From contig JARFOE010000001.1 of NCBI GenBank assembly GCA_031763465.1, forward strand, positions 20,258,906 to 20,290,939: a DNA stretch of 32,034 nt, in the 5' to 3' direction. The notes beneath the pieces were generated by a model. It worked only from the letters and a program-made list of their open reading frames with translations. It was not told the DNA's origin and searched no databases. The DNA is from Squatina squatina (Eukaryota). The number at the start of each line of letters is the position of its first letter. Position 1 is the first letter of the stretch. Positions 1-12,565 of the stretch are shown here, one piece after another. The translations under genes were made by a program, and so were the position numbers.

Positions 1-178
1 AATAGTGTCCTCGACTAGAACCTCGCCATTGTCCACCAAGGAGAGCAAAGAAACCAAATTAGAATCTACAATTTTCCCAAGGTCTCTACAGAACAGTAAG
101 TATCAAAATGGATTTGAAATGATGACATTCCTCAATCGTTTTGTCATAATAATACTGGACAATAGGTTGGAAAACTAC

Positions 179-271
179 CTTAACAGGTGTTTCTTCCACT
201 TCAGATAGCACATATTCTGACGAACGAGGACTGTGGGACTCTGGAGAAGTTACCTCACTACACTGGGGACC
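179..271 (-). CDS. RAI14: RAI14 (ankycorbin) internal exon, Ser/Pro-rich linker after the ankyrin repeats
   Basis: ttttatctag|GGT...GTTAAG|gtagtt; 93 nt, phase 0/0; GPQCSEVTSPESHSPRSSEYVLSEVEETPVK resembles human LSDVSSPRS...AEPPFK and directly follows the KKRKAPPPP exon in the expected order. Confidence 0.7.
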
Positions 272-486
272 CTAGATAAAACATCACAAAGTATTGGTAA
301 TTAAAGTACTGACTGCAGTGGTAAATCCTCATCAGTAAGTGAAAAATAAAACCTTCAGTCATTGTTTTATTAATGAGAAATTCAGTGATTAACCATTTTT
401 ATAAGATTTAATGTAAACTGATTTTCTATCTGCAAATATTTATGCTGCTAATCAGGTGGCCATTAGTTAGATGATTTTTCTTTTAC

Positions 487-573
487 CTGCATAGCACTGG
501 TTGGCGGTGGTGGTGCTTTTCGTTTTTTAGGAGTTCCACTTCTATCTGCATAGAATTTAATGGCAGGATCCAG
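487..573 (-). CDS. RAI14: RAI14 internal exon with basic NLS-like motif
   Basis: aattttcag|CTG...ATGCAG|gtaaaa; 87 nt; [29 protein letters not shown] matches human [20 protein letters not shown]. Confidence 0.92.
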
Positions 574-1164
574 CTGAAAATTTTACAGATCAGAAATGTA
601 GAGGAGTTAGTTTTGTTAGTAAAAGTTGTGAATGTTAAATTTACAATGAGTTAATACATGCCTTCTTCTGTTATTTGTTCAGGTTTGTGCATGCTCACTT
701 AGTTGTGAGTTTAACATGCATAAGCAAAGTTCAAATTTAAAATGGACAATATTAATGTATCCATATAATCAGAAATTTTGCATCCGACATGTGAAGAAAC
801 ACAAATTAGCTGCTATGATATCTAAGCCAACCAAAAAACACAAAGGTATTGGTAGATCTCTGAAAGAAAGGGTTAATGACCCCTTTTGGACATTGTGAAT
901 TTTTGAACTGAAAAGATAGCAAGATGCAGAAATCAGTGAAGAGGCTCCAAGAAGCTTTGGTACTAGCAGGCCTCTGGTTTGCAAAAACAACTGATGNNNN
1001 NNNNNNNNNNNNNNNNNNNNNNNNNNNNNNNNNNNNNNNNNNNNNNNNNNNNNNNNNNNNNNNNNNNNNNNNNNNNNNNNNNNNNNNNNNNNNNNNCCTC
1101 CAAAACTCCTCAATTATGATTTTTTTTTTTAAAAGACCTATTTTGAAGGAATGCACTATATTAC

Positions 1165-1271
1165 CTGCCATTCTTGTCTCTTGCATCAATATCTGCTCCT
1201 TGGTCTATCAGGTAACGACACACCTCAGCATGGTTGCTCTGTGCAGCCTGGATCAGTGGAGTAAAACCTTC
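1165..1271 (-). CDS. RAI14: RAI14 ankyrin-repeat exon
   Basis: gaattctag|GAA...GGCAG|gtaata; 107 nt; EGFTPLIQAAQSNHAEVCRYLIDQGADIDARDKNG(R) vs human [36 protein letters not shown]. Confidence 0.92.
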
Positions 1272-1529
1272 CTAGAATTCCAAATAAATGCAGGGTTGCA
1301 GAGAAAAAGAACTTCACATTTCAGCTCTGTGCACAGATAAGAACATTACAGATAATCTTTCAATTTAGAGTAAATGATTAACAATTCAAATTGGATTTGA
1401 AATTTAATTTATTTTTATTTTTAAAAAGGGGCCCTTGATAGATTCATGGGTAAATGCCTCACAATGTGGTATTGAGCCATATTGGCCGGGATATTTCCAA
1501 GTCAAATCGCCGTCTTGTGCTGAGCTTGA

Positions 1530-1690
1530 TAATTTGCTAGGTCTCTTGGTGGCATACTCAGTCAAATGCTGCCTTGAGGTTGAGGAAAGTTATGTTCACT
1601 TCCCCTCTTGCATTTAGTTCTTATGTCCATGTCTTAATCAAGAAGTCTGTGAAGAGGTCTGAAGCTGAGTGGTTCTAGCAGAATTTGCTT
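1530..1690 (-). mobile_element. Decayed non-LTR retrotransposon (CR1/L2 group) reverse transcriptase fragment
   Basis: Minus-strand translation FC*NHSASDLFTDFLIKTWT*ELNARGEVNITFLNLKAAFD*VCHQ carries the RT LDxxxAFDxV-type motif with in-frame stops. Confidence 0.75.
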
Positions 1691-1811
1691 TGCTGATTAT
1701 TGGAAGAAGGCTGATTACTCAAGGGAGTGTGTTACCACTGAGCCAAGGCTAACACCAGTTACTTGACCAAGTATGGCACCATGTAGCCACCTGCTGAGTA
1801 TTTCCAGCATT

Positions 1812-1910
1812 TAAATACTGTGGCTGCAAGAGCAGGTCAGAGGCTGGGTATTCTGCAGCTAGTGACTCACCTGTTGAATCCCCAAAGCCTTTCTACCACC
1901 TATAAGGGGG
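1812..1910 (+). mobile_element. Non-LTR retrotransposon (CR1/L2 group) ORF2 C-terminal fragment
   Basis: NTVAARAGQRLGILQLVTHLLNPQSLSTTYK is typical of the post-RT region of this LINE group. Confidence 0.65.
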
Positions 1911-2429
1911 ATCAGGNNNNNNNNNNNNNNNNNNNNNNNNNNNNNNNNNNNNNNNNNNNNNNNNNNNNNNNNNNNNNNNNNNNNNNNNNNNNNNNNNNNN
2001 NNNNNNNNNNNNNNNNCACGAGTGAGGGTAAGAACTAGTGTTGCAACTGCATTTGCAAAGGGCCACATGATGAATCTCTCGAGCATCATTACAGTGGCAG
2101 GTATGATCGGAGGAGTGTGGCAATACTGGAAAATTGTAAAATCTGTTACTATATTGGAAATGTCTTAGCCAACTGGAACTTAACCTGTTCTAATATTAAT
2201 TAACTTTTGCAAAATGAACTAACCAATATTCCAAAAAAAGTTATTTTAAAAAAAAATTCAGCTGTGATATGGACACATTACAAATTATCCCGCTCCCATT
2301 CAATATCATGTTGCATTCTGTCACTATTCTCTCTCTCAAATTTTGGTAGTCCATGATCTGGGCCCTTAGAGGTTACAGCCATTTCTTAAATTATAAATCA
2401 CAGATAGCAAAAACATGAGTCGCCACTAC

Positions 2430-2494
2430 CTGAAGGATCTTCTTCACACATTCTTGGTGACTATTTTTTGAAGCAAGGTGCAAAGCATTGTAAC
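2430..2494 (-). CDS. RAI14: RAI14 ankyrin-repeat exon
   Basis: gaattgtag|GTTAC...CTTCAG|gtagtg; 65 nt, phase 1/0; (G)YNALHLASKNSHQECVKKILQ vs human GHSALHLAAKNSHHECIRKLLQ. Confidence 0.93.
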
Positions 2495-4229
2495 CTACAA
2501 TTCAAACAGGNNNNNNNNNNGCTACTTTTTAAACTGCAGAATATAAAAGTGCCACTTAAATATTAGCTCCTCAGCTTTAATATGCATATGGTGAAGTCAG
2601 ATTTATAGTCTGAAGTGCTCTTTATAGGGAAAGGTGGTTATAAATTTATAACTAAAAATAGATTGTACTGGCAGACAAGAAACATAACTCAGAACATAAC
2701 ACGCATTTCATTTTTTTTCTCTGAATCAGCAACCTCCCAGCTGGAATGTCAGTAAAACTAATGGAATCCCAAGGACTGTAGCAGAAGAAAGAAGTGTCTG
2801 TTGGAATAAAACTGATAATTGATCAATTAAATGACAACTACTATTGAGATTAAAATAAAAGTTGCTGAGCTGGAAACCCAATACAAAGTAGCGAGCTCGA
2901 GAAACATCAGTCAACATCGGAACAACGAAGACAGATTAATGTTTCGTGTGAAAACCCTCTTCAAAACTTTAAAATATTCAGCCTGCAGACATGAGCTGAA
3001 AGAAGACCATGGTTTTGTTATGAATATTCACCCTTAGACTGGTAACATAACCAGGAAAATTCCTGGCCCCTTGGCTGGCCATTTAAAGTGCTCAGTTCAA
3101 ACACAGTCAGGCTGGAAAAAAAATCAGTCGTGTTACTTTGTAACAGTATCCCAATGGAGATTTCTTCAGCCTATCCTAAATGGAATTTTGATAGAGACTT
3201 ATTTTCTCAGACACACTACTATGCATAGTTTTNNNNNNNNNNNNNNNNNNNNNNNNNNNNNNNNNNNNNNNNNNNNNNNNNNNNNNNNNNNNNNNNNNNN
3301 NNNNNNNNNNNNNNNNNNNNNNNNNNNNNNNNAAATACAAGCAATGCATTAAACGACAACCTAAATGCAGAATTAGAAGCACGTCCATGACAGGTATTAG
3401 ATTTTCCTCCCAGGCCCCAAAAATCTGAAAAGGAAGCTGAATGAAAAGACCTTACAGTTGACACACATATCTAGACAAAAGAAGAATTTCAGATCTTGCA
3501 AGGCATTCTCCATTACAACGTTTAACTGCACTAGTCAGAGACCCATTAGTTTGCATATGCTGCACCGCGAATACCACCGAAGGCTGCTGACATCAGCCAC
3601 TTAAGATATTGACTGGCTCTCTGCCCAAACCGATCCTGTGGGAATAGCATTACGCATTTCTGTGCAAGGTTGCTCCCAAGATATAAAGCCTGATACAGAA
3701 CTCAATCTGACATTTCCAACACATTTCCTATTGTGACTGTCCAGGCAATGACTTTTCTTCAGATTTCACAGTGTACATTTGGCATTATCCAATAGCTGCA
3801 CTACAAAATAAATAATTCTCGTATATAACGGAGTCATGCGACAGATTAATAGATTCTGTACCTGGGAGTGACCTACATGCCTGTAATTTAATTGAGATTT
3901 TAAAATGGCATCAGAGTTATGAGCGTTGTCTGATCAGATTAAATTACAGGCTGGTCAGCATCTGAAAGAGAAAGGTAGGTTAAAATATTATGCAGGACTC
4001 TTCACAAACTAATAACAGGATAATCCAAAACAATAGCTCAACTTTTCCCCCCTATAGATGCTGACAAACCTGTGTGCGTTTTCAGCATTGCTGTTTACAT
4101 TTNNNNNNNNNNNNNNNNNNNNNNNNNNNNNNNNNNNNNNNNNNNNNNNNNNNNNNNNNNNNNNNNNNNNNNNNNNNNNNNNNNNNNNNNNNNNNNNNNN
4201 NNCAATGAAACAGGGACCGTGGTGCTGTC

Positions 4230-4535
4230 ATCATTCAGGGCCAGAGGGGAGGAAGCTGAGTGCGGCTCCTCCGCTCGGAGGGAGGAGGAGGAGGTGACTC
4301 GCTCGGTCGATTGTTCACCCTGGTTAATCCTGATCCCCGTCTGTGCTTGTTAATATAGGAGTGCTGCCTGATATTGGCCGGGCCAAGCTTAGCCCGCAGA
4401 CTGATGTGACGGAGTGAGGAGGAACCTAATGGACGTTATTGGAAGGCCCTCTCAGGGCAAATGGTCGTTTTCTTCCCCCGCCAAAAAAAAATTTCTGAGA
4501 TTTGGGCGTTCCTTCACAACATTGTTGATTGGCAG
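4230..4535 (-). promoter_or_regulatory. Candidate RAI14 promoter or first-exon region
   Basis: GC/CpG-enriched patch in AT-rich DNA, with three minus-strand CCAAT boxes (attgg at 4373, 4438, 4528) upstream of it; lies 5' of all RAI14 exons found. Confidence 0.3.
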
Positions 4536-7500
4536 TGCTAGGGAGACAATCTTGAAATTGCAACAAGCCACTTCACAACACGTCTGTGCTCCAGATATCC
4601 TCTTCCCCTTACAAAAGGCAAAAAGTGCATTATATGGTTGAATTATAAAAATATAACCAAGCTAAATGGAACCAGTGGCTTTGTGAAGCAATACTAATCC
4701 TGTAAAGATTTATTTCTTGCCACAAAACCCGATTTCCCACATCAAGCTCCATCTTCAAAAACACAAAAATCAATATTCACTCAAGCCTTTATGGTCAAAA
4801 GGCTGACGTACATGCACAACAATGTACTTAATCTGTGTCATGACATCAACAATACAATGCTCCTAAGCCCTGCAAGCCATGGTTGGCCTATACAGGATTT
4901 CAGAGCATGTGACCGTAAATTCTTCCCCACCCCTCCCACCACGCCAGCAAAGCTGTGAAGTAAACAGTGCAGCTCTTCACTGTCCTCCCACATCAAAAAA
5001 TGATACTAATATTAACTGTGGCATGAAAAAAAGTGCAGTAGTATATTGGGGACTACAGAACAAATCAAATCATTACAAGCAGGTAAAGCAAAACTATATT
5101 TTAAATGAAAAGGCTGGAAAAAGAATAGAACCTTGCATAAGATTACATTTGGATATTCTAGGAATTTACAGTTGGATATTCCAGGAATTTACAATCTGCT
5201 TCTAAGCAGAAACAAAATAACCAATTATAAAACAAGTTTATGGTACCAGGGGACATGTAATCACACTATAAAAATAGAAAGAGGAAAATAATTGGGGAAT
5301 AAATTGTTCTTTCTGGTAGATCTTGCTGTCTGAAGCCTTTTTTAAAAAAAAAAAAATTTGTAGTAAGATTAACATATTGTAAAACTGTGATTTACTATAG
5401 ATTTGTGATGTAACAGCTAACATATGCCTGAATAAAATTCCAGCCCTTTATTTCTTAAAAAAAAATTAGAACAGCTGAAGAGGCTACAGAACAAGTCAGA
5501 AGCTGCCCAAACTGCATTACCCTAAACACTCCTTCACATCCAGTCACTGAATTAGCGATAAACTTAACATTTGCATTACTGTTAATAGAAATTTTATTCG
5601 TGCAACTGTTTTTGAATATAATTTTAATAATTTCTGCTGCTAATCTCCAATTTTGAGCCCAAACATTTTGTGCTAAAGCCGCACCCGCTAGGGCAGAAGC
5701 GGGGGAGGGGAACAAGCTGAAAGGGGGTTTGAGTTCATGCAGGAAAATGGCAATCCAGTGAAATATTAATGGGGATTCACTGCATGTTTGGCGATGCCAT
5801 TCTTTAAGGTAAGAGTTCAAACAGAGGTCTCCCTTGCTTGGCAGATGAAATAGGTCTTAATGTATAATGAATGCTCTTTGAACAGTATTTTCCAAGAAGT
5901 GCCTTTGCTTCCCCAGAGTCTCACTCTGCATCTGATTTATTGTCTCATCGATGTACCTTATTTCACTCGTATATGGTGCAGATTCAAACATTTCCTTCCC
6001 TTTTTTCTATTATTAAAATACGTTCTCCCAATACATAGTGCAACACAGTCTTAAAACATTCACNNNNNNNNNNNNNNNNNNNNNNNNNNNNNNNNNNNNN
6101 NNNNNNNNNNNNNNNNNNNNNNNNNNNNNNNNNNNNNNNNNNNNNNNNNNNNNNNNNNNNNNNAATCCAGAGATTATTACCTTTGAGGTCCTACTTTTTA
6201 GTTTATCTCCTAGTTTATCATTGTACCGAGTTTCTCATCTTTCACTACAAACTTTCATTTGCCTAAGATACAAAAAATGCATTTCCTGGTAACTCTATTA
6301 ACAAACTATGCAGTGCACCCAATCAAGTAACATACAGAGTATTGGAGCAGTTGAAGAACAAGTATAGGAAGCTCAATATACCTTTTTTTTTTACAAATGA
6401 CAGACGATCCCCAAATCATATACATTTAACTTCCCTATGAGACAATTAATACAGAACAAAACTTAGATAGTCTGACACTTGCACTTTTAGGTTCAATGTG
6501 CAATTTATTGTTATGTTTTCCTCAATGTCTCTTTGCTGCAATAAATAATTCTGCTATTTTTGATTATTCAGGAAAGAACATTTGGTTTATCCGTTTCCTG
6601 CAGATAACAGGAAATTTCGCAAAAGAATTTAAAACACACTCCTTCATAAAGTACATTGTACAAACCATCAGCAAAGGAAATAACACAGAGGTAAAAGTAA
6701 TAAACGTAAAGGAAATTAGTCAAATTCAAATCTTGCCTGGAATTAAAAAAATTAGAAACAGACATGCACACACTCACCCAATTTCCAGAATACTCAGGTT
6801 TACACAGGCAGGAAACAACTGGAGCCAAGTACAATAAAGTTCTATGGGCAAAGTAGTATTACAGCATAGCCTTAGAGTTACAGTGCAATTTGCATCACAG
6901 AGTGTTTTTCAAATCCCAAGCTTTACAGCACTATACTTTAGGCAGTGTATGTTTAGTCTATTGCATCTAAAAGTAGATTTCATATAATTAAAAAAATGTC
7001 ATTTTTGGTGTTACATTTCTTACTCCTACAAGCTAGACATTTAAATTCAAGCTTTGGATCATCTAACCATTTTCAAATGCCTTNNNNNNNNNNNNNNNNN
7101 NNNNNNNNNNNNNNNNNNNNNNNNNNNNNNNNNNNNNNNNNNNNNNNNNNNNNNNNNNNNNNNNNNNNNNNNNNNNNNNNNNNAATCCTGCCTGGGACAG
7201 CAAAGTGAAAATGCTCACTACCCAAGCTAAATTTGATCAGTCCTTGTTGTAACTTAAAATGCCTTGTGTGCAAATAAACTAAATTGTTGCTTTAAGTAAT
7301 ACTACAATTAAGTTAATGCTGCAATTGTTATTTGTTGTATAATCCTTACTGGAATAATGCAAATCTGATGCAATTACTGCACCCTAGAAATAGATACTAA
7401 ATACTATGTAGTTAGGCAAATGGTTAATTCAGTCCAGCTATCTTCTTGTTTTTTTCCCCACTGTAAGTGGCTTCAACAGAGTCAATAGAAAAGACACTAC

Positions 7501-8004
7501 AGTGCATCCTGCAACTTAACACTTAAAACTGCCAGGACTGCGAAATCTCATCTTATCTAATAATTTGAATGCTAAAAAGAGAAATTCTTGACTGTCAAGG
7601 GACACTAACAAAAAAAATGTCCAGCTCTCCACTGAGAATGGAAGGAAGTGGCAGGAAGGGAAGAAGGTGGAGACACAGAATGAGTGAGTGAGTGAGTCCA
7701 ACTATAAGAACCTGGTACAGTGGCAACATCTCCAAGTTGTAGAGGAAGTTCTTGTACACAATCTATTTTCTTAAAGATAGATTAAAGAAAAAGTTCTGAT
7801 GAAGGGTACTGAAACATTAACTTTAAGATGCTGACTGACCTATATATTTTCAACATTTGCTGTTTATACTCATTAAAAATAGAATGGACAGAGGAAGGCT
7901 TCATTTTGAAAAGTTTAAGTTTCAGTTTCTTTGCATTCTGGATGATTGGTTCCTTTCTAAAAGATTATTTTCTCTCAGTATGAAAACAAGCAACAAATCC
8001 ATAT

Positions 8005-8440
8005 CTGCTTGGCTCAATGGTGGTACTCTTGCCTCAGAGTCAGAAGGTAATAGGTTCAAACTCCACTCCAGGACCAGAGCAAATGATCCAGAGTGACAGC
8101 TCAGTGCTCTACTGAATGGGTGCCACATCTTTCACACGCAAAAGTAAATTGAGCCCCTGTCTGGCCTGCTTGTGTGCATATAAAAGATCCCATGGTATTA
8201 TTCAAAGAAGAGCAAGGGAGTTCTCCCAGTGTCCTGACCAATATTAATTCCTCAATCAGCACCACCAAATCAAACAGATCATTATCTTATTATTGTTTGC
8301 GGCACCAGGCGGTTTTCAGATTAGTTCCTATTTTTGCCTACAAACTGTGACTACACTTCAAAAGTAAATCATTGGCTTTAAAAGTGTTTTGGGACGTCCT
8401 GAGGATGTGAAAAGCTAGATAAATGCAAATTTGTTCTTTC
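8005..8440 (+). mobile_element. tRNA-derived Deu-domain SINE (SacSINE1-like), near full length
   Basis: A box tggctcaatgg, B box ggttcaaactcc, core aaagatcccatggtattattcaaagaagagcaagggagttctcccagtgtcctgaccaa, LINE-like tail; homologous copies at about 15.4, 18.1, 27.4 and 29.9 kb. Confidence 0.85.
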
Positions 8441-10288
8441 TACAGCAACACAATGAACCTCCCATTTTATTTTTGTAATAATCCCAGCAATTCCAGTTCA
8501 TTTATGACCTTCATTGGTGAAAAAGCTGCAAGATACCAAAAATAGAATCAGTTACCTTCTAGATCAAAGTTATTTAAAACTTTAGCTGCTGATATACACA
8601 AGCCAGCCAAAGAATGCATACAATGTTACGAGGTAATATTGATGCATAGTTACATTCTGAAGTTGGCAATGAAAACAAAAAAAAAATCGAGACATGAATA
8701 TTTGGCAGTCAGACAATTTCAAACCAACCCCCAGTAAATTGCCTCGGGTACTGAAAAGAATACATAATTACACAAGCCCCTTTAACCGTATCAAATGGAA
8801 TGACATTATGAATAAATTGAAAAGAATGTCCTTATAAATAACCATAAATCGAAGGCCCCACACATATCTCCGTTTCCTTTTTGACTCAGTGATAAGTTGA
8901 TTTCCATTCTTTTGGGGTATTTTTATTCCTCAAGGGATGAGGTCAGAGACTGGGCCACATCCCGTCTATACTGCATTCTCTCTCTCAGAAAGAGCTGCAA
9001 GCAGCGACAGTCTCAAGAGGATACTGACTAAGTTTTTAAAAGTATAAATGCATCATTACCACAATATTCTATACTTCATTACAGCATTTGCAATCATTTA
9101 AAACCATATACAGTTATGTCTGCATCGGATCTTTTCTCCTCTAAAATATCAACACACATTATAAAACAAAGATATTTACACTGCATGCCCCCATCCTATA
9201 ATAGTTAATATGTTAAAAAGAACATGGACATAATCTTGAAGCCAGAAGCTATATATGGCAAACTATGAAATACTATTAAAATTGACCAAGTACTAGATTA
9301 TATCACTTCTCTGAATACTTCGATCTCTACAGATTTCGGCACAGGAGCACTTACTGTAGCAATAGTTTTTGGATTCTTTTTTTCTTGCCACTGCTAAAAA
9401 AAGTGTTCTTTTTAAATTTAAATTCACTAGTTTCAATTATCGTACAAAACAGTCCATTTATAAAATATAGCTGCTTCTATAGTGGGTTTCAAATGTACTG
9501 CCAGTAACACCCTCATCAATTGCAAATTAAATATCCGACAGCACCTCCAGTAGTGTACAGCAGTTTGGTCCTGGACTAGCAACCAAGATCTGATCATTTG
9601 TGGGTTAACATCTGGAAAACGACTGAAAGCCACTTGTCTATNNNNNNNNNNNNNNNNNNNNNNNNNNNNNNNNNNNNNNNNNNNNNNNNNNNNNNNNNNN
9701 NNNNNNNNNNNNNNNNNNNNNNNNNNNNNNNNNNNNNNNNNACTCCGTTTGTTATACACAGCACCTTTATGCGACAAATTATAAGAAAAAGTATCTAGAT
9801 CATGTATAATCATTAACGGAATTGAATATTGTGCAAGTTATTACAAGAACTAAAGTTGCTACATATTTAATATCTGATAGGGTTAACAAAAGCTCCAAAT
9901 GCCAGGTCTTTTATTTAAAAAAATACAAGCCATGCATTTATCCAGTTAGGGATGTCAGTATAACGAGATTACCACATGGTTCCATTTAGGAAAGTTCTGC
10001 ATTAGTCACAAGTTCTCACTTTCAACAAAGTTTTCACACTTGAACAAAAACAGACCTACGTTGAATGTTAAATGAATAACAGACACCAAAATAAGGGCGA
10101 CAAGGGAGCTATCAATATGGGTAGACATTAATCCATGAAAATCCACCTCCCTGTGTGACTGTGGTTAACTGATGAAGAAGTCACACTTCATTTAAGTAAT
10201 ATTTTTCTCGCTAGGTTTGACCGATCACAGCTGAGAGATTATATCACTGGGCTGTCCCAGAGTTTCCTGTACCAGAAGCTGACAGTAC

Positions 10289-10295
10289 TATAAAA
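10289..10295 (+). promoter_or_regulatory. Candidate TATA box of C1QTNF3
   Basis: tataaaa about 100 nt upstream of the C1QTNF3 ATG in contiguous sequence. Confidence 0.4.
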
Positions 10296-10389
10296 CTGTA
10301 CGCTTGGTGCAGGCTTCATAAGGATTGCACTTGGCTGGAGGATAAGACGGTAAGACTGGATTCTCGCTGCTGACCTCGACCCATAGAAT

Positions 10390-10466
10390 ATGGTGCTGAA
10401 GGCTTGTGAACGCTGGACCCTGCTCATTTTCCTCTTCCTTCCGTTTTGCCTATGTCAGGAAGAATA
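10390..10466 (+). CDS. C1QTNF3: C1q/TNF-related protein 3 (CTRP3), first coding exon with signal peptide, truncated by a gap
   Basis: MVLKACERWTLLIFLFLPFCLCQEE(Y) vs human MLWRQLIYWQLLALFFLPFCLCQDEY; expected position and strand upstream of AMACR. Confidence 0.88.
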
Positions 10467-11451
10467 NNNNNNNNNNNNNNNNNNNNNNNNNNNNNNNNNN
10501 NNNNNNNNNNNNNNNNNNNNNNNNNNNNNNNNNNNNNNNNNNNNNNNNNNNNNNNNNNNNNNNNNNGAAAAAAATCTTGCTGGGATGTCACTCACGGCCC
10601 ATCCATCAATTTTTTCATACTCAGAGAGTCAATTGAACACATGTTGTTTCAGAGATTTAAATTTAATTAACCTTCATCAGGTTGATGAGGCTGAACAACT
10701 CTTCATCTGAAATGCGAAAGATGTGGAGGAAGAGCTATCTTAAGCAATTGAAAGTACATAAAATAGCATAGCTTCAGACATCCAGAGTTAGGGATCAGCA
10801 GCTTCCTCAATAATTTTTATAAAATACTCAGACCATCTTTTTCAAAATTAATGCTCTACAAGAAACATTTGATGTTACCATTACCCCTCGGTGCTTCATA
10901 GATTTATTTTGCTTCAGATCTATAAAAAAGAAAAGGTTTTACAAACTGAGCTGTGCAACTTTATTTCACTTTTAAAAGTTTAATGACAGAGGCACCGATT
11001 TCATGAAAAATGTTTTTCCATTCTTTTCATTTGTTCACAAACACATCACATAACGACATAAAAGTGATCCAGTGAAGCATCTCAATTGAATAATACGTTA
11101 GCACATATTACACTTCAAAGAGAGATATCCTGAGGTAGCTTGCTCTTGTCCTCGTTACTTGTATTAATTATAGAGCTCTGCTTTGATTCTAAGGTTCACA
11201 GAATGACTATTGACGAGTCTCAGCATAGATCATTGCTGAATGTTAAAGCAATGCTTTCATACATAAACAATTCAGTTGAGTTTGCTCTGGCAAATTTATT
11301 TCTCAGCTCTTCAAAGTTTGCCTTAATTACATTTAAAACCTTGCTTTATAACTTTCCCTTCTCCCTTTCAAACTTAAGATCAAATGTAATCATATTATCG
11401 TCACTAGGTAGGGAGCTCCAGAATTTTTACACAGTAATGACGAAGAAATGG

Positions 11452-11630
11452 TGATATATCTCCAAGTCAGGATGGTGTATAATTTAGAGGTAATGGTATT
11501 CACATGCACCTACTGGCCTTGTCCTTCTAGGGTTTGGGAGATCCTGACAAAGAGGACTTGACGAGTTGCTGCAGTGCATCCTGTTGGTAGTGCACACTGC
11601 AGCAATGGTCCATCAGTGGTGGAGAGAGTG
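11452..11630 (-). mobile_element. Non-LTR retrotransposon (CR1/L2 group) 3' fragment
   Basis: Minus strand reads HSLHH...IAAVCT..RMHCSNSS, the degenerate ORF2 C-terminus of the same type of element as 1812-1910. Confidence 0.6.
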
Positions 11631-12068
11631 NNNNNNNNNNNNNNNNNNNNNNNNNNNNNNNNNNNNNNNNNNNNNNNNNNNNNNNNNNNNNNNNNNNNNN
11701 NNNNNNNNNNNNNNNNNNNNNNNNNNNNNNGCGGAACTCGGCTCACTTTGACTGGACGGAGACTTTCAAAACTTAATCTACATGGGACCCTTGTAACTTA
11801 ATCCACTTAGGACCCTTGTAACCAGCAGAGAGGAGCGATGTTGTTCAATCTTTGTGGGCTAGTCCATATCTTAGAGGTGAAATCACAGTACTTTAACCTA
11901 CTGCTCAAACCAGTGCCCCTCAGTAGCTGAAACTGTTAAATGGGAATATCAATGTGAAATCTTTCTATTTAGTGTTAGAGAGGTAAAACCTGTTCGTGGG
12001 AGAAGTACTGTGTACATCGTAACATTCCCCAGAAAAACCCTTTGTGTACACAAACAAAATATGGCTAA

Positions 12069-12330
12069 AATCATAGAATCGTACTGCACATTCATGGGCC
12101 ATTCATGCCCAAGATGGGTCGAATGGCCTCCTGCGCTGTATGATTGAAAGAGCTATCCCAATATGTACCATTTTTCTTTCACAATCTTCGTGCACATTTT
12201 TCCTTTTCAAGTATATATCTTGGAATGCAGAATTAAATCTGCATCCACTGCTCCGAGGTATTGGCATTCTCAACAGGTACCAGCTGCCTGCCATGCAATA
12301 TTTATTTACATTACTTTTTACGTTCTTGCC
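12069..12330 (-). mobile_element. CR1 LINE 3' end, degenerate
   Basis: Homologous to 30490-30780: atcatagaat tail, ggccattc hairpin, ttcaagtatatatc and gcattc...accagctgc segments. Confidence 0.7.
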
Positions 12331-12421
12331 TTACTTTTATGCAACATTGCTATTGCATTCTTCAAAGAGTTAGATGGTCTGCTGGCTGATCTAAGTGCAC
12401 AAAACTGGTATCTCTTCATAG

Positions 12422-12565
12422 GTGTCATGGAGAAGCTGGGTCTTGGCCCTGACCAGATACTTGGACAGAATCCAAGGCTTATCTATGCCAGGCTGACTGG
12501 ATTTGGACAGAGTGGACTATATGCCAGAAATGCTGGGCATGATATCAACTACACCGCTATATCAG
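12422..12565 (+). CDS. AMACR: Alpha-methylacyl-CoA racemase exon 2
   Basis: cttcatag|GTGTC...TCAG|gtaatt; 144 nt; [48 protein letters not shown] includes the catalytic GHD His. Confidence 0.96.

Noticed and set aside
1-120. Minus-strand FDTYCSVET/DLGK resemblance to RAI14 FDSYHSTQTDLG
   Set aside because: Needs a frameshift, has an upstream stop, lacks a compatible acceptor, and intervening exons would be missing from contiguous sequence; probably chance.
5-296. Plus-strand ORF 5-208 and an apparent exon pair (donor at 96, acceptor at 204)
   Set aside because: All spliced frames hit stops, and the region is better explained by the minus-strand RAI14 exon 179-271.
8005-8075. tRNA-like A and B boxes (also at about 27380-27430)
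   Set aside because: These are SINE heads and do not form a cloverleaf tRNA.
12163-12421. N-terminal extensions of the AMACR ORFs (also 15647-15737)
   Set aside because: Intronic read-through upstream of clear AG acceptors; partly CR1 sequence.
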